Shown here: one piece after another, positions 47,612 to 59,672 of the stretch
Numbering within the stretch: the first letter of the stretch is position 1
How the letters are laid out: each line of letters begins with the position of its first letter
DNA from: Alphaproteobacteria bacterium
GTDB taxonomy: Bacteria; Pseudomonadota; Alphaproteobacteria; GCA-2746255
NCBI GenBank assembly: GCA_965249135.1
Contig: OZ252220.1
Coordinates: 1,120,001 to 1,184,000 of the forward strand
Direction: 5' to 3'
Length of the DNA stretch: 64,000 nucleotides
The notes under the pieces: generated by a model
The model's database searches: none
Told to the model about the DNA's origin: nothing
What the model saw: only the letters and a program-made list of their open reading frames with translations
Position numbers and translations under genes: made by a program

Positions 47612-48594
47612 CCCCCCGGGCGCGGCCGCGAGAAAAAGAGACAATGTGTGGCCACCGGCCCGTCCTTCTAAAAGAAGTGCTTGGCATCCTGGAACCTGCG
47701 GACGGCGCCACCTATGTGGACGGCACGTTTGGCGCCGGCGGCTATGCGAAGGCGTTGCTGGAGGCGGCCGATTGCACGGTCTGGGGCATCGACCGTGACC
47801 CGGATGCGATTGCTGGCAGCAGTGTGCTCGTCAAGGCGTACCCACGCCGCCTGCATTTGCTGGAAGGGCGCTTTGGCGACATGGCGGCGCTCCTCAAAAC
47901 ACAAGGGGTGACGCACGTCGACGGCATCGCCCTTGATATCGGCGTCTCCTCCATGCAGCTGGCGGCGCGCAAGCGCGGCTTTTCCTTCCGCGAGGACGGC
48001 CCGCTCGACATGCGGATGGAGAAGGCGGGGCGAAGTGCCGCCGACGTCGTCAACCAGGAAGACGCGGAAACGCTGGCTTCGATCCTCTCGAAATATGGCG
48101 AGGAGAGAAAGTCACGCCGCATCGCGCGCCGCATCGTCGAGCTGCGCACGAAGAAACCGATTACCCGAACGCGCGAACTGGCCGAAATCGTCGCCGGCGT
48201 CGTCAAGCAGGAGAAAAGCGGCATCGACCCGGCGACGCGCACCTTTCAGGCGCTGCGCATTCACGTGAACGACGAGCTCGGCGAGATCGAGCGGGCTTTA
48301 AGTGCCGCGGAAATCCTGTTGAAGCCGCACGGCCGCATCGCCGTCGTCGCCTTCCATTCGCTGGAGGACCGGCTCGTGAAAACGTTCCTGCGGGCGCGCA
48401 GCGGGGAGGCCACCGGCGCGTCCCGCCACCGGCCGCCCGCGCCCGGCCCGGCACAGGCGCCCAGCTTTCGCCTTCTTACCCGGCGGGTTATCCGGCCGGC
48501 TAAGGCAGAGATCGCCTTGAACCCGCGGGCGCGATCGGCGCGCCTGCGCGCCGCCGAACGCACCAAGGCCCCGCCTTGGGAGAGCGCCGCATGA
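47608..48594 (+). CDS. rsmH: 16S rRNA m4C1402 methyltransferase
   Basis: [28 protein letters not shown]. Confidence 0.95.
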   Translation: MTPRARPREKETMCGHRPVLLKEVLGILEPADGATYVDGTFGAGGYAKALLEAADCTVWGIDRDPDAIAGSSVLVKAYPRRLHLLEGRFGDMAALLKTQGVTHVDGIALDIGVSSMQLAARKRGFSFREDGPLDMRMEKAGRSAADVVNQEDAETLASILSKYGEERKSRRIARRIVELRTKKPITRTRELAEIVAGVVKQEKSGIDPATRTFQALRIHVNDELGEIERALSAAEILLKPHGRIAVVAFHSLEDRLVKTFLRARSGEATGASRHRPPAPGPAQAPSFRLLTRRVIRPAKAEIALNPRARSARLRAAERTKAPPWESAA

Positions 48595-48881
48595 AGGGCC
48601 ACCTCACCTTTCTTTGGCTGATGCTGGTCGCCGTCATCTGTTTCGGCCTCTTCCTCGCGAAATACGAGGTGCAGTCGCTGGAGGACGAGCTCCTGGCGCT
48701 CAACCGGGTGATCCTCGAGCGTGAGGAGGGGCTGCACGTGTTGAAGGCGGAGTGGGCGCTTTTGAGCCGGCCCGAGCGCATCCAGCGTTTGAGTGAGCGC
48801 CATCTCGACTTGCAGCCGGTGACGGCGAGGCGGATCGCCACGCGCGCCGAGCTCGGCGCGCGCCTGGAGGAAAGCGAATGA
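48591..48881 (+). CDS. ftsL: Cell division protein FtsL
   Basis: TM + coiled coil, [14 protein letters not shown]; dcw position. Confidence 0.85.
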   Translation: MKGHLTFLWLMLVAVICFGLFLAKYEVQSLEDELLALNRVILEREEGLHVLKAEWALLSRPERIQRLSERHLDLQPVTARRIATRAELGARLEESE

Positions 48882-50569
48882 GCGCGAAACGCCGCCGGCA
48901 GAAGGATCTGGCGCGCCACCAGGCGATCGAGACCGGACGCACGCGCCTCATCCTGTTGGGATCGCTGATGATGCTCGCTTACCTTGCCGTCGGCGTGCGC
49001 CTCGTCGAGCTCACGCTCTTTCAGGCGAGCCTTGAACCCAGGATCGCCAGCGTCGCGCCGGCCTCAAACTGGCAGACGGAACGCGCCGACATCCTGGATC
49101 GCAACGGCGAGATCCTGGCAACCAGCCTGCGCACGGCTTCGCTCTATGCGGACCCCGCCCAGGTGCTGGATCCAAAGACCGCCGCGCGCGCGCTTGCCCG
49201 TCTGCTGCCCGACGTAGGCGAGAAGAAAATCCTTGAGCGACTCGGTTTGAGGCGCCGTTTCGTCTGGATCCGCCGTCACCTGACCCCGCAACAGCAATAC
49301 GCCGTCAACCGTCTCGGCATTCCCGGCCTTTACTTCCAGCGCGAAGAGCGCCGGGTCTATCCCCATGGGCATCTGGCCACCCATGTCGTCGGTTTCACCG
49401 GCGTCGACAATCGGGGTCTCGCGGGCATCGAAAAATCCTTCGACGCGGCGCTTCGAAACGGAAGCGGTCCGCTCAAGCTTTCGCTGGACATTCGCGTCCA
49501 GCACATCCTTGCCGACGAGATCGGAAAGGCGATGCGGCGGTTCCAGGCAATCGGCGGCGCCGGCGTCGTGATGGATGCGGCAAGCGGCGAGGTGCTTGGT
49601 CTGGTCTCGCTGCCCGACTTCGATCCGAGCCGGCCTGGCGCCGCCAAGCCGGAAGCCATGTTCAACCGGGCGACGCTCGGCATCTACGAGATGGGATCGA
49701 CCTTCAAGATTTTCACCACCGCCATGGCGCTCGAAAGCGGCACGGCGACGATCGAGAGCGTGTATGACGCCTCCAAGCCGATCCGCATCGCGCGCTACCT
49801 GATCAAAGACTACAAGCCGAAAAACCGTTGGCTGTCGGTGCCGGAAATTCTTATGTACTCGTCGAATATCGGCGCCGCGAAGATGGCGATCGAGTTGGGC
49901 GCCCCCCTTCAGCAGACCTACCTTTCGAAGCTGGGCTTGTTGGATCAGCCGGCCCTAGAGCTGCCCGAAATCGGCTCGCCGCTTAGCCCCGAGCCGTGGC
50001 GGGAAATCAATCTGATGACCATCGCCTACGGCCATGGGCTTGCCGTCTCGCCGGTGCAGCTCGCAAACGCGGTGGCTGCGGTCGTGAACGGCGGCATCGC
50101 CTCTCCGGCGACGCTTCTCGACCACGCCGGCGCGCCGGCGGAAGGGATCCGCGTCTTCTCGGCCAAAACGTCCGAGCAGATGCGACGCCTGCTTCGCCTT
50201 GTCGTCGATACGGGCACTGGCCGCAAGGCGGCGGCCGAGGGCTACCTCGTCGGCGGCAAGACCGGCACGGCCGAAAAGAACGACGGACACGGGTACGAAG
50301 GCAAGATGCTGCGCTCTTCCTTCGTCGGCGCGTTTCCGATGCATGCGCCCCGCTACGTCGTCTTCGTGCTGCTGGACGAACCGAAGGGCGACAAAAAAAC
50401 ATTCGGCTATGCAACCGGCGGCTGGGTGGGCGCGCCGGTCGTCGCCCGCGTCATTTCACGGATGGCGCCGCTCATCGGCGTGGCGCCGCTCAACGAGACG
50501 GCGCCGGAAGTCGCGCGCCAGATGTTTATCGAGATCCACGATCGGGGAAAAGGACTTGCGTCTTTCTGA
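48878..50569 (+). CDS. ftsI: Penicillin-binding protein 3
   Basis: GSTFK, SSN, KTGT motifs. Confidence 0.95.
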   Translation: MSAKRRRQKDLARHQAIETGRTRLILLGSLMMLAYLAVGVRLVELTLFQASLEPRIASVAPASNWQTERADILDRNGEILATSLRTASLYADPAQVLDPKTAARALARLLPDVGEKKILERLGLRRRFVWIRRHLTPQQQYAVNRLGIPGLYFQREERRVYPHGHLATHVVGFTGVDNRGLAGIEKSFDAALRNGSGPLKLSLDIRVQHILADEIGKAMRRFQAIGGAGVVMDAASGEVLGLVSLPDFDPSRPGAAKPEAMFNRATLGIYEMGSTFKIFTTAMALESGTATIESVYDASKPIRIARYLIKDYKPKNRWLSVPEILMYSSNIGAAKMAIELGAPLQQTYLSKLGLLDQPALELPEIGSPLSPEPWREINLMTIAYGHGLAVSPVQLANAVAAVVNGGIASPATLLDHAGAPAEGIRVFSAKTSEQMRRLLRLVVDTGTGRKAAAEGYLVGGKTGTAEKNDGHGYEGKMLRSSFVGAFPMHAPRYVVFVLLDEPKGDKKTFGYATGGWVGAPVVARVISRMAPLIGVAPLNETAPEVARQMFIEIHDRGKGLASF

Positions 50570-52034
50570 CCTACTGCGCGGCGAAGAAAGGGATTCGATG
50601 TTCGAGACGACGGGAGAGGACGTAGAAATCACCGGAATCACCGCCGATTCCCGTAACGTCAAACCCGGCTTCTTGTTCGCCGCCCTACCCGGCACGAAGG
50701 CGGAAGGCGCGCGTTTCATTCCAGACGCGCTTGCGGCAGGCGCAAGCGCCATCTTTGGGCCGCCGGAGCTCGAAGCGCCGGGAGCAGACGAACGCTTACC
50801 CCGGATCGTCACGGAAAACCCCCGCCAGGCCTTTGCAAAGATCGCCGCCCGTTTCTATCAGGCGCAGCCACGCGTGATTGCGGCCGTCACCGGCACCAAC
50901 GGGAAGAGCTCCGTCGTCGGTTTCGCACGCCAGATCTGGGAACGCTCTGGCGAGCGCGCGGCCAGCCTTGGCACCTTGGGCCTTGAGCCGCCGATGGGTA
51001 TCGCGGAGGGCTCCGCGCTGACGACGCCCGACCCCGCCCATCTCCATCGCCTGCTTGCCGAGCTGGCGGCGAACAAGATCGATCATCTGGCCATCGAGGC
51101 CTCGAGCCATGGGCTCGAACAGTTCCGATTGGACGGGCTTCGCTTGAGCGTCGCCGTCTTCACGAGCCTTTCCCGCGATCACCTCGACTACCACGGCTCG
51201 CTCAAAGCCTATCTGGCTGCAAAGCTGCGCCTGTTTTCGGAATTGTTGCCGAAAGAAGCCCCGGCCGTGCTGAACGCGGACGATGCGGCCTTCGAGACGT
51301 TTGCGGAGGCGTGCGTGAAACGCGGGCTTCGGATCCTCACTTACGGCGAAAAGGGAGACAACCTTCGCCTGCTAAAAAGCACGCCGGCAGGCGGTGGCCA
51401 GGACGTCGTCTGCGAGATTCTCGGGAAGGTCGAGTCCTTGCACCTTCCCCTCATTGGCTCCTTCCAGGCGAAGAACGCGCTTGCCGCGCTCGGCCTCGTC
51501 CATGCCGCCGGTGGCGACATCGCGGCCGGCGTGGCCGCACTGCCAAGTCTTTGCGGCATCAAAGGGCGCATGGAAGCGGTGGGCGCGCTTTCGAACGGGG
51601 CGCGCGTCTACATCGACTACGCGCACACGCCGGATGCGCTAACGCACGCGCTTCGTGCGCTGCGTCTGCACACGAAGGGGCGGCTTTGCGTCGTCTTCGG
51701 TTGCGGTGGCGAGAGGGATCGGGGCAAGCGCCCCGAAATGGCCGCCATCGCCGATGCGCTTTCCGATCTGGTCTTCGTGACGGACGACAACCCCCGCTTT
51801 GAGGATGCCGCCGCCATCCGGCGGGAAATCCTGGTCGCCTCCCGGAAGGGAAAAGAGATCGCCGACCGCGCGCGCGCGATCGCGACCGCCGTTCGGACCC
51901 TGGAAGCGAACGATGTGCTGTTGATCGCCGGCAAGGGCCACGAGGTGGGACAGATCGTAGGCGATGCGGTGCTTCCTTTCGACGATTGCGACGTGGCGAA
52001 GCAGGCCATCCGGGCGGAGGGGGGCGCGGCATGA
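50556..52034 (+). CDS. murE: UDP-MurNAc-tripeptide synthetase
   Basis: TGTNGKSS, EASSH, DYAHTPD, DNPR; TTG start inferred. Confidence 0.95.
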   Translation: MRLSDLLRGEERDSMFETTGEDVEITGITADSRNVKPGFLFAALPGTKAEGARFIPDALAAGASAIFGPPELEAPGADERLPRIVTENPRQAFAKIAARFYQAQPRVIAAVTGTNGKSSVVGFARQIWERSGERAASLGTLGLEPPMGIAEGSALTTPDPAHLHRLLAELAANKIDHLAIEASSHGLEQFRLDGLRLSVAVFTSLSRDHLDYHGSLKAYLAAKLRLFSELLPKEAPAVLNADDAAFETFAEACVKRGLRILTYGEKGDNLRLLKSTPAGGGQDVVCEILGKVESLHLPLIGSFQAKNALAALGLVHAAGGDIAAGVAALPSLCGIKGRMEAVGALSNGARVYIDYAHTPDALTHALRALRLHTKGRLCVVFGCGGERDRGKRPEMAAIADALSDLVFVTDDNPRFEDAAAIRREILVASRKGKEIADRARAIATAVRTLEANDVLLIAGKGHEVGQIVGDAVLPFDDCDVAKQAIRAEGGAA

Positions 52035-53455
52035 CGGAACCGCTGTGGACGAGCGCCGAAGCGGAGCGCGCCACCAATGGGTCGAGCACGGCGCCCTTCG
52101 AGGCGACGGGCGTCTCGATGGACAGCCGGAAACTTAAAGCCGGCGACCTCTTCATGGCGATCATCGGGCCCCATTCCGACGGCCATGACTTCGTCCGCGA
52201 TGCCTTCTCGCAAGGCGCCGTGGCGGCCATCGTCGAAGGCCGGCCGAGCGACGTACCGGAGCAGGCGCCGATTCTCACCGTCGAAAATGCGTTCGATGCC
52301 CTGAAGGCGCTGGCGCGGACCGCGCGCGAGCGCAGCTACGCCCGGATCTTTGCGGTGACCGGCAGCGTCGGGAAAACCGGAACGAAGGAGGCGTTGCGCC
52401 TGGCGCTTGGTGAGAGCGGCGAGGTGACGGCGACGGTCGGCAATCTCAACAACGAATACGGCGTTCCTTTGAGTCTCGCGCGCCTGCCACGGACTTCGGA
52501 CTACGGCATCTTCGAGCTTGGCATGAACCACCCCGGCGAGATCCGCCCGCTTGCCAAGCTCGTGCGGCCGGAAATCGGCATCGTCACGAACGTCGAAGCC
52601 GTGCACATGGCGTATTTTCGTTCCGTCACCGAAATCGCCGACACGAAGGCGGAGATGTTCGAGGGCATGGACGCGGATGGGCTGGTGATCCTGAACCGCG
52701 ACAACCCTTACTTCCAGCGTCTGGCCGATGCGGCGAAGGCGCGAGGTATAAGTCGCATCGTCGACTTCGGCGAGCATCCCGAAGCCCAGGTGCGCCTCAT
52801 CAACTGCACCTGCCATACCTTTTCAAGCAGTGTCATCGCCGAGGTCGGGGGCGCCGAAATCCACTATCCCCTAGGCGTCCCCGGCCGACATTGGGTGATG
52901 AACAGCCTGGCCGTGCTGGCCGCCGTCGATGCCGTCGGAGCCGACGTGCAAAAGGCGGCGGTCAGGCTCGGCAACCTTTCGGCACCGGTCGGGCGCGGAC
53001 GCAGGGTTCGCGGCATGGTGCCGAGCGGCGTCATCGAGATCATCGACGAAAGCTATAACGCGAATCCGGCGTCGATGCGCGCCACGTTTGACAGCCTGGC
53101 TGCGACCCCGGCGGGACCGGTCGGACGCCGCATCGCCATCCTCGGCGACATGCTGGAGCTTGGCGAGAGAGCCGCACGCATGCATGCGGGCCTGGTCGGC
53201 GACCTGCTTCGCAACGCCATCGACCTGGTCTTCACGGTCGGCCCCTTGATGGAGAATCTCGACCGCGAACTTCCACCGCACATGCGTGGCGGCCACGCGG
53301 AAACCGCCGAGGTGCTGATGCCGATTCTTCTGGAAGAGTTGCACGACTGCGACGTGGTTGCCGTCAAGGGATCACAAGCGATGAATATGAGCCACATCGT
53401 CGAGACGCTGCTTCATGCCACAACCGGCATGGCGAACGCCGTCAACGGACGCTAG
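52031..53455 (+). CDS. murF: UDP-MurNAc-pentapeptide synthetase
   Basis: TGSVGKT, ELGMNH, DESYNANP, GDMLELG. Confidence 0.95.
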   Translation: MTEPLWTSAEAERATNGSSTAPFEATGVSMDSRKLKAGDLFMAIIGPHSDGHDFVRDAFSQGAVAAIVEGRPSDVPEQAPILTVENAFDALKALARTARERSYARIFAVTGSVGKTGTKEALRLALGESGEVTATVGNLNNEYGVPLSLARLPRTSDYGIFELGMNHPGEIRPLAKLVRPEIGIVTNVEAVHMAYFRSVTEIADTKAEMFEGMDADGLVILNRDNPYFQRLADAAKARGISRIVDFGEHPEAQVRLINCTCHTFSSSVIAEVGGAEIHYPLGVPGRHWVMNSLAVLAAVDAVGADVQKAAVRLGNLSAPVGRGRRVRGMVPSGVIEIIDESYNANPASMRATFDSLAATPAGPVGRRIAILGDMLELGERAARMHAGLVGDLLRNAIDLVFTVGPLMENLDRELPPHMRGGHAETAEVLMPILLEELHDCDVVAVKGSQAMNMSHIVETLLHATTGMANAVNGR

Positions 53456-53467
53456 AGGAAACCACGC

Positions 53468-54556
53468 ATGCTTTTCAACCTGCTCGCCCCACTCGCCGAT
53501 CAGCTGCCCTTCTTGAATCTGTTCCGCTACCTCACCTTCCGTACCGGCGGCGCCATCCTAACGGCGCTTTTGATCAGCTTCGTCGTCGGCCCGGTTCTCA
53601 TTCGCTGGCTGAAGCAGCACCAGAAGGAAGGCCAGCCGATCCGGACGGACGGGCCGGAGGACCACATCCTGAAGAAGGCCGGCACGCCGACGATGGGCGG
53701 CTTTCTGATCCTGCTTGGCCTGCTTACCTCGACGCTTCTCTGGGCGGATCTGACGAACCGTTACATCTGGGCGGTGCTTGGCGTGACGACCGGTTTCGGC
53801 ATCATCGGATTCATCGACGACGCCTTAAAGATCCGCCGGCGGACGAGCCGCGGCATGTCGGCGAAGCTCAAATTTCTCATCCAGTCCGTGATCGCCGCGG
53901 CGGGAGTCTACGCGATCATGGAAATCACGCGTAGCCCCCTAGCCACCAGCCTGGCCGTGCCGTTTCTCAAAGACGTCCTCTTGAACCTCGGGTGGTTCTT
54001 CCTGCCCTTTGCCGTGCTTGTCGTCGTCGGCGCCTCGAACGCGGTGAACCTGACGGACGGCCTCGACGGCCTGGCGATCGTTCCGGTGATGATTGCGACG
54101 GCGTGCTTTGCGCTGATTGCCTACCTCGTCGGCAATGCCGTCTTCGCCGGCTATCTGCAAATCCATGGCATCCCCGGCACCGGCGAACTGACGGTGCTGT
54201 GCGGGGCGCTGCTCGGGGCGTCTCTCGGCTTCCTCTGGTTCAACGCGCCGCCGGCCATGGTCTTCATGGGCGACACGGGCTCGCTTTCCGTCGGTGCGGC
54301 CCTTGGCGCCATCAGCGTGGTTACGAAGCACGAGCTGGTGCTCGCCATGATCGGCGGCCTTTTCGTGCTGGAGACCGTCTCCGTCATGGTGCAGGTGGTC
54401 TCCTTCAAGCTCACGGGCAAGCGCGTCTTCCAGATGGCGCCGCTGCACCATCACTTCGAGAAGAAGGGATGGGCGGAATCCACCATCGTCATCCGTTTCT
54501 GGATCATCGCGTCGATCCTGGCCCTGATCGGGCTGTCGACGCTGAAGTTGCGGTGA
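53468..54556 (+). CDS. mraY: Phospho-MurNAc-pentapeptide transferase
   Basis: [31 protein letters not shown]. Confidence 0.97.
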   Translation: MLFNLLAPLADQLPFLNLFRYLTFRTGGAILTALLISFVVGPVLIRWLKQHQKEGQPIRTDGPEDHILKKAGTPTMGGFLILLGLLTSTLLWADLTNRYIWAVLGVTTGFGIIGFIDDALKIRRRTSRGMSAKLKFLIQSVIAAAGVYAIMEITRSPLATSLAVPFLKDVLLNLGWFFLPFAVLVVVGASNAVNLTDGLDGLAIVPVMIATACFALIAYLVGNAVFAGYLQIHGIPGTGELTVLCGALLGASLGFLWFNAPPAMVFMGDTGSLSVGAALGAISVVTKHELVLAMIGGLFVLETVSVMVQVVSFKLTGKRVFQMAPLHHHFEKKGWAESTIVIRFWIIASILALIGLSTLKLR

Positions 54557-54560
54557 GCCG

Positions 54561-55967
54561 ATGATCGAAGTCACCGCATATCGAGACCGTGCCGTGATGG
54601 TGCTGGGGCTTGGCCGCTCCGGTTTAGCGGCGGCGGTCAGTTTACGGGAAGGTGGGGCTACCGTCGTCACCTGGGACGACGATGAGGCGGCCCGCGCCAA
54701 CGCCAAGCGGCAAGGCTTTCCCGTCATGGGCCCGGACGCGCTCGACTGGTCGAACGTCGATGCGCTGGTGCCAAGCCCCGGAATCCCGCTCACCCACCCT
54801 AAGCCCCATCCCGCCGTGGCGAAGGCACGGACGATGCGTTGCGAGATCCTCGGCGACGTCGAGCTCCTGGCCCGCACCCAAACCGAAGCCCGCTATGTCG
54901 GCGTGACGGGCACGAACGGGAAATCGACGACGACGGCGTTGATCGGTCACCTGCTTCAGGCCGACGGGCGGCGCATCGAAATCGGCGGCAATCTCGGCGC
55001 ACCCGTGCTGGAGCTGGCGCCGCTTGGGCTGGATGGCATTTATGTGCTCGAGCTTTCTTCCTTCCAGCTCGACCTTCTGTACACCCCTTGCCTCGACGTC
55101 GCCGTGCTTTTGAACATCGCACCGGACCATCTCGAGCGCCACGGCGGCCTTGACGGCTACATCGCCGTCAAGCGATGGATCTTCGGTCTGCTTCGCGAGG
55201 GTGCGACGGCGGTCATCGGGATCGACGATCCGCACTGCCGCGCCATCCGGGACGGCCTCGCCGGCGAGCTGGCGGTGGTTCCGATCTCGGCCAAGCAGAC
55301 GCTTGAGGCGGGCGTCAGCGCGCGCGGCGGTGCGCTCAATGAGCATCTGGGCGAGACGATACCTGCCGTCGATCTCACGCGTATCCTTTCGCTTCGCGGC
55401 GAGCACAACTGGCAGAACGCGGCCGCCGCCTGGGCGGCGGTCCGTGCGATCGGGCTTAAGCCTGAGCACGCGGCCCATGGCCTTCAAAGTTTCGTCAACC
55501 TGCCCCATCGCCAGGAGCCGATCGCGGTTGCGAACGGCATCCATTACGTGAACGACAGCAAGGCGACGAACGCGAACGCGACTTTGAGGGCGCTGGCCGC
55601 CTTCGACACCATTTACTGGATCGCCGGCGGGCGGCCAAAGGCCGACGGCATCGCTTCGCTGGCGCCTTATTTCCCGCGCGTTCGCCATGCCTTCCTGATC
55701 GGCGAGGCGATGGATAGCTTCGCCCAAACGCTGGGCGGCAAGGTGCCCTATCACCGTTCGGGCGATCTAAAGACGGCGCTTCGCGAAGCCCACGCGATGG
55801 CCCAGGCGGAAGGGGGCAAGGCGGCGGTCGTGCTCTTTTCGCCGGGCTGCGCCTCCTACGACCAATGGAAGAATTTCGAGGCACGCGGGGATGCGTTCCG
55901 CTCGCTGGTCCTCAAGCTGCCGGGTGCGAAGCCAAGCGTGCAGGTGGAAGGGGGTGCCGTTTCATGA
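54561..55967 (+). CDS. murD: UDP-MurNAc-L-Ala-D-Glu ligase
   Basis: TGTNGKSTT, ELSSFQL, NDSKATN. Confidence 0.96.
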   Translation: MIEVTAYRDRAVMVLGLGRSGLAAAVSLREGGATVVTWDDDEAARANAKRQGFPVMGPDALDWSNVDALVPSPGIPLTHPKPHPAVAKARTMRCEILGDVELLARTQTEARYVGVTGTNGKSTTTALIGHLLQADGRRIEIGGNLGAPVLELAPLGLDGIYVLELSSFQLDLLYTPCLDVAVLLNIAPDHLERHGGLDGYIAVKRWIFGLLREGATAVIGIDDPHCRAIRDGLAGELAVVPISAKQTLEAGVSARGGALNEHLGETIPAVDLTRILSLRGEHNWQNAAAAWAAVRAIGLKPEHAAHGLQSFVNLPHRQEPIAVANGIHYVNDSKATNANATLRALAAFDTIYWIAGGRPKADGIASLAPYFPRVRHAFLIGEAMDSFAQTLGGKVPYHRSGDLKTALREAHAMAQAEGGKAAVVLFSPGCASYDQWKNFEARGDAFRSLVLKLPGAKPSVQVEGGAVS

Positions 55968-57088
55968 CGAGCTTCGCGCGAACGGACACGAGCATCTTGA
56001 GCCGCTGGTGGTGGACGGTGGACCGCTGGATGCTGGTCGCACTTGGGCTTCTGATCGGGACCGGCGTTCTCGTCACGCTGGCGGCAAGCCCGCCGGTTGC
56101 CGAGCGGCTCGGCATCGATTCGCTGCATTTCGTCCAGCACCACCTCGCCTACCTGCCGCTGGCACTCGGCACACTTTTCTTGGTCTCGCTGCTTTCACCG
56201 CGCCAGGCACGGCGGCTTGGCATCATCGTCTTCCTGATCTCGCTGGTGCTGCTCGTGCTGCTGCCTTTCATCGGCACCGAAATCAAAGGCGCCCGACGCT
56301 GGATCTGGATCGCCGGCATGTCGTTGCAACCGTCCGAATTCGTGAAGCCCGGTTTCGCCGTTCTGGCCGCCTGGATGTTCGCCGAACACCGGCTCGACCG
56401 CGAGTTCGCGGGCCGCGCCATCTCGATTGCGCTCTACTTCCTCGTCGTCGCCCTGTTGCTGGTGCAACCGGACATGGGCATGGCCTTCGTCGTCTCCGCC
56501 ACCTGGTGCGCCCAGTTCTTCATGGCGGGCCTGCCCCTTCTATGGGCGGCGTTCCTGCTTTTGCTGGGCATCGCCGGCATGGTCGGCACCTATTTCGTGT
56601 TCCCCCATGTGGCGCTTCGCATCGACAGCTTTCTCGATCCGGCGTCTGTGAACGGCTACCAGGGGATGCGCGCCATGGAGGCGTTCGGCAATGGCGGCCT
56701 GTTCGGTCGCGGCCCCGGCGAGGGGCGCATCAAGGAGATGATTCCGGACGCCCATGCGGACTTCGTCTTCGCCGTCGCCGGCGAGGAGTTCGGCTTGCTC
56801 GTCTGCCTGCTTATTGTCGGTCTGTTCGCCTTCATCCTCCTGCGCGGCCTCAGCCGGATGATGCAGGAGGAGAACCTCTTCATCCTGATCGCCACGACTG
56901 GGCTGTTGCTGCAATTCGCGCTGCAGGCACTCATTAATTTGGCGTCGACCGTGAGCCTGATGCCGACGAAGGGCATGACGCTGCCATTCATCTCGTACGG
57001 TGGGTCGTCCCTGCTCGCCCTTGCCTTAACGATGGGCTTGATCCTTGCCTTCACGCGCCGCCACACGCACTTCCGGGGGAGATTCTGA
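55964..57088 (+). CDS. ftsW: Peptidoglycan polymerase FtsW
   Basis: GARRW, QPSEFVK, LPFISYGGSS. Confidence 0.95.
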   Translation: MTSFARTDTSILSRWWWTVDRWMLVALGLLIGTGVLVTLAASPPVAERLGIDSLHFVQHHLAYLPLALGTLFLVSLLSPRQARRLGIIVFLISLVLLVLLPFIGTEIKGARRWIWIAGMSLQPSEFVKPGFAVLAAWMFAEHRLDREFAGRAISIALYFLVVALLLVQPDMGMAFVVSATWCAQFFMAGLPLLWAAFLLLLGIAGMVGTYFVFPHVALRIDSFLDPASVNGYQGMRAMEAFGNGGLFGRGPGEGRIKEMIPDAHADFVFAVAGEEFGLLVCLLIVGLFAFILLRGLSRMMQEENLFILIATTGLLLQFALQALINLASTVSLMPTKGMTLPFISYGGSSLLALALTMGLILAFTRRHTHFRGRF

Positions 57089-58245
57089 TGGTGGGCGTGC
57101 AAAACTTCGTCCTGCTTGCGACGGGCGGCACCGGCGGTCACGTCTTTCCGGCGGAGGCGCTGGCGGTGGTGCTTGCCCGTCGGGGCTTGCGGCTTGCGCT
57201 GGTCACGGACCGGCGCGGGCATACCTATCGCGGCGCGCTCAAGAACCTCGACGTGCACCACATCCAGGCCGCCCCGATGGCGGGAGGTAAGCCGATGCGG
57301 CTGGTGAAGGCGGCCGTCACGCTGGCCTGCGGATTTGCGCAGGCAATCGGTCTGCTGCGCCGGCTCAAACCCGAGGTCGTCGTCGGTTTCGGCGGCTATG
57401 CGCCGGTGCCGGCGATGCTGGCGGCGAAGTGCCTGCGCATCCCGACGATCCTGCACGAACAGAACGCGATTCTGGGGCGTGCCAACCATCTGCTCGCCTC
57501 CTTCGTCACGACGATCGCCACTTCCTTTCCCGCGACCGGTCACTTAAGGCCGGCCGACGAACTGAAGGTCCTGATTACCGGCAACCCGGTGCGCGAAGCC
57601 TTCACCGAGGTGCGCGAACGCCCCTACCCTTCGCTTGCGCCCGAGCAGCCCTTCGTGCTGCTGGTCCTCGGCGGCAGCCAGGGGGCCAGCGTGTTCGGGC
57701 GCGTCGTGCCAAAAGCGCTTGCCTCGCTCGATAGGGGCGCACGCAGGCGACTTCGCGTCAGCCAGCAGTGCCGGCCGGAGGATGTGGAGGCCGTGCGCGG
57801 GCTTTACGCGGCCGCCGGCATGGCGGCGGAGGCCTCGCCCTTCTTCGAGGACGCGCCGGAGCGTTTCGCGAACGCCCATCTCGTCATCGCCCGGGCCGGC
57901 GCTTCGACGGTAGCCGAGCTGACGACGGCCGGCCGGCCGGCCATCCTCGTGCCCTACCCGGCCGCCACGGACGACCACCAGATGGCGAACGCGCGCGCGC
58001 TCGACGAGGCCGGGGGCGCGTGGCTGATGCCGGAAGCCTATTTTACGCCGGAGACGCTGGCCGCGCGGATCGAATCCTTCCTGGGACTTCCGGTCATCCT
58101 GAACAAGGCGGCGGCGAGTGCGCGGGCATTGGGCCAAGCGATCGCGGCGGAACGGCTGGCGGACGCGGTGGCCGAGCTTTTGCCGAGTGCCACCGGCGAC
58201 GACGGTGGTACGCAACGCGATACTTCGAAGGGGTGGGCCGCATGA
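57088..58245 (+). CDS. murG: Lipid II GlcNAc transferase
   Basis: GGTGGH, HEQN, GGSQG, RAGAST. Confidence 0.96.
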   Translation: MVGVQNFVLLATGGTGGHVFPAEALAVVLARRGLRLALVTDRRGHTYRGALKNLDVHHIQAAPMAGGKPMRLVKAAVTLACGFAQAIGLLRRLKPEVVVGFGGYAPVPAMLAAKCLRIPTILHEQNAILGRANHLLASFVTTIATSFPATGHLRPADELKVLITGNPVREAFTEVRERPYPSLAPEQPFVLLVLGGSQGASVFGRVVPKALASLDRGARRRLRVSQQCRPEDVEAVRGLYAAAGMAAEASPFFEDAPERFANAHLVIARAGASTVAELTTAGRPAILVPYPAATDDHQMANARALDEAGGAWLMPEAYFTPETLAARIESFLGLPVILNKAAASARALGQAIAAERLADAVAELLPSATGDDGGTQRDTSKGWAA

Positions 58246-59672
58246 GAACGCGTTCCCTTTCCCTTGGCAGGATCCACTTCGTCGGCATCGGCGGCATCGG
58301 CATGAGCGGGATCGCGGAGATCCTGCACAATCTCGGTTACCGCGTGCAGGGCAGCGACTTGAGCGAGAACACGAACGTGCTGCGTCTGCGCGAGCTTGGC
58401 ATCCCCATCGCTATCGGGCATGGGCCTGAGAACCTTCAGGATGCGGAGGTCGTCGTCGTTTCCTCCGCCGTCAAGGCCGACAATGCGGAAGTGACGGCGG
58501 CCCGGGCGAAGCACCTGCCGGTCGTCCAGCGCGCCGAGATGCTCGGCGAGCTGATGCATCTCAAACTGGCCATCGCCGTCGGCGGCACCCATGGAAAGAC
58601 GACGACGACGTCGTTGATCGCCGCCCTGCTCGACGGCGCCCACATGGACCCCACCGTGATCAACGGCGGGATCATCAACGCCTATGGAACGAATGCGCGG
58701 CTCGGCGAGGGAGAGTGGATCGTCGTCGAGGCGGACGAATCGGACGGCACCTTCGCCAAACTGCCGGCAACGATCGCCGTCGTTACGAACATCGATCACG
58801 AGCATCTCGACTTCTATGGTTCCTTCGAGAACTTGCGAAACGCCTTCGTGCGTTTCGTCGAAAACATCCCGTTTTATGGTTTCGCCGTTCTCTGCATCGA
58901 CGACGCGGAAGTCCAGGCCATGATCCCGAGCGTTTCGGATCGCCGCCTGGTGACCTGTGGTTTGAGTCCGCAGGCCGATATTCGCGGCACCAACGTTCGC
59001 ATCACGCCGGAGGCGACTTATTTCGACGTCGCGCTGGCAGATCGCGGCCGTGGCAAGGAAACGACTCTCAAAGGACTTCGGCTCCCCATGCCGGGCGTCC
59101 ACAACGTGAAGAACGCCCTTGCCATGGTCGCGATCGCCAACGAGCTTCAAATCGAGGAGGCAACCCTTCGCGGCGCGTTGGCCCAGTTCGGCGGCGTCAA
59201 GCGGCGCTTCACCCGCACCGGCACCGTCGGCGGCATCGCTGTGATCGACGACTACGGTCATCACCCGGCCGAGATCACCGCCGTGCTTGCCAGTACCCGG
59301 GCGATTGCGTCCGGCCGCGTGATCGCCGTCTTCCAGCCCCACCGCTATAGCCGGGTCCACCATCTGTTCGAGGATTTCTGCACCGCCTTCAACGACGCGG
59401 ACACCGTCATCGTTTCCGACATCTACGCGGCGGGCGAATCCCCGATCAAAGGCGTGCACCGCGACGCGATCATCGAAGGCCTCTCAGCCCATGGGCATCG
59501 CAACGTGCTCGCGCTCGAAGAGCCGAGGGCGCTTGGCTCCCTCGTCCACGGGATCGCCAGACAAGGGGATTACGTCGTCTGCCTGGGCGCCGGCGACGTG
59601 ACGATCTGGGCACAGACCTTGCCGATCGAGCTGGCCAAGCTTTCCGGAAAGCCGCTGGAGGTGGGGCCATGA
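58242..59672 (+). CDS. murC: UDP-MurNAc-L-Ala ligase
   Basis: [30 protein letters not shown]. Confidence 0.96.
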   Translation: MRTRSLSLGRIHFVGIGGIGMSGIAEILHNLGYRVQGSDLSENTNVLRLRELGIPIAIGHGPENLQDAEVVVVSSAVKADNAEVTAARAKHLPVVQRAEMLGELMHLKLAIAVGGTHGKTTTTSLIAALLDGAHMDPTVINGGIINAYGTNARLGEGEWIVVEADESDGTFAKLPATIAVVTNIDHEHLDFYGSFENLRNAFVRFVENIPFYGFAVLCIDDAEVQAMIPSVSDRRLVTCGLSPQADIRGTNVRITPEATYFDVALADRGRGKETTLKGLRLPMPGVHNVKNALAMVAIANELQIEEATLRGALAQFGGVKRRFTRTGTVGGIAVIDDYGHHPAEITAVLASTRAIASGRVIAVFQPHRYSRVHHLFEDFCTAFNDADTVIVSDIYAAGESPIKGVHRDAIIEGLSAHGHRNVLALEEPRALGSLVHGIARQGDYVVCLGAGDVTIWAQTLPIELAKLSGKPLEVGP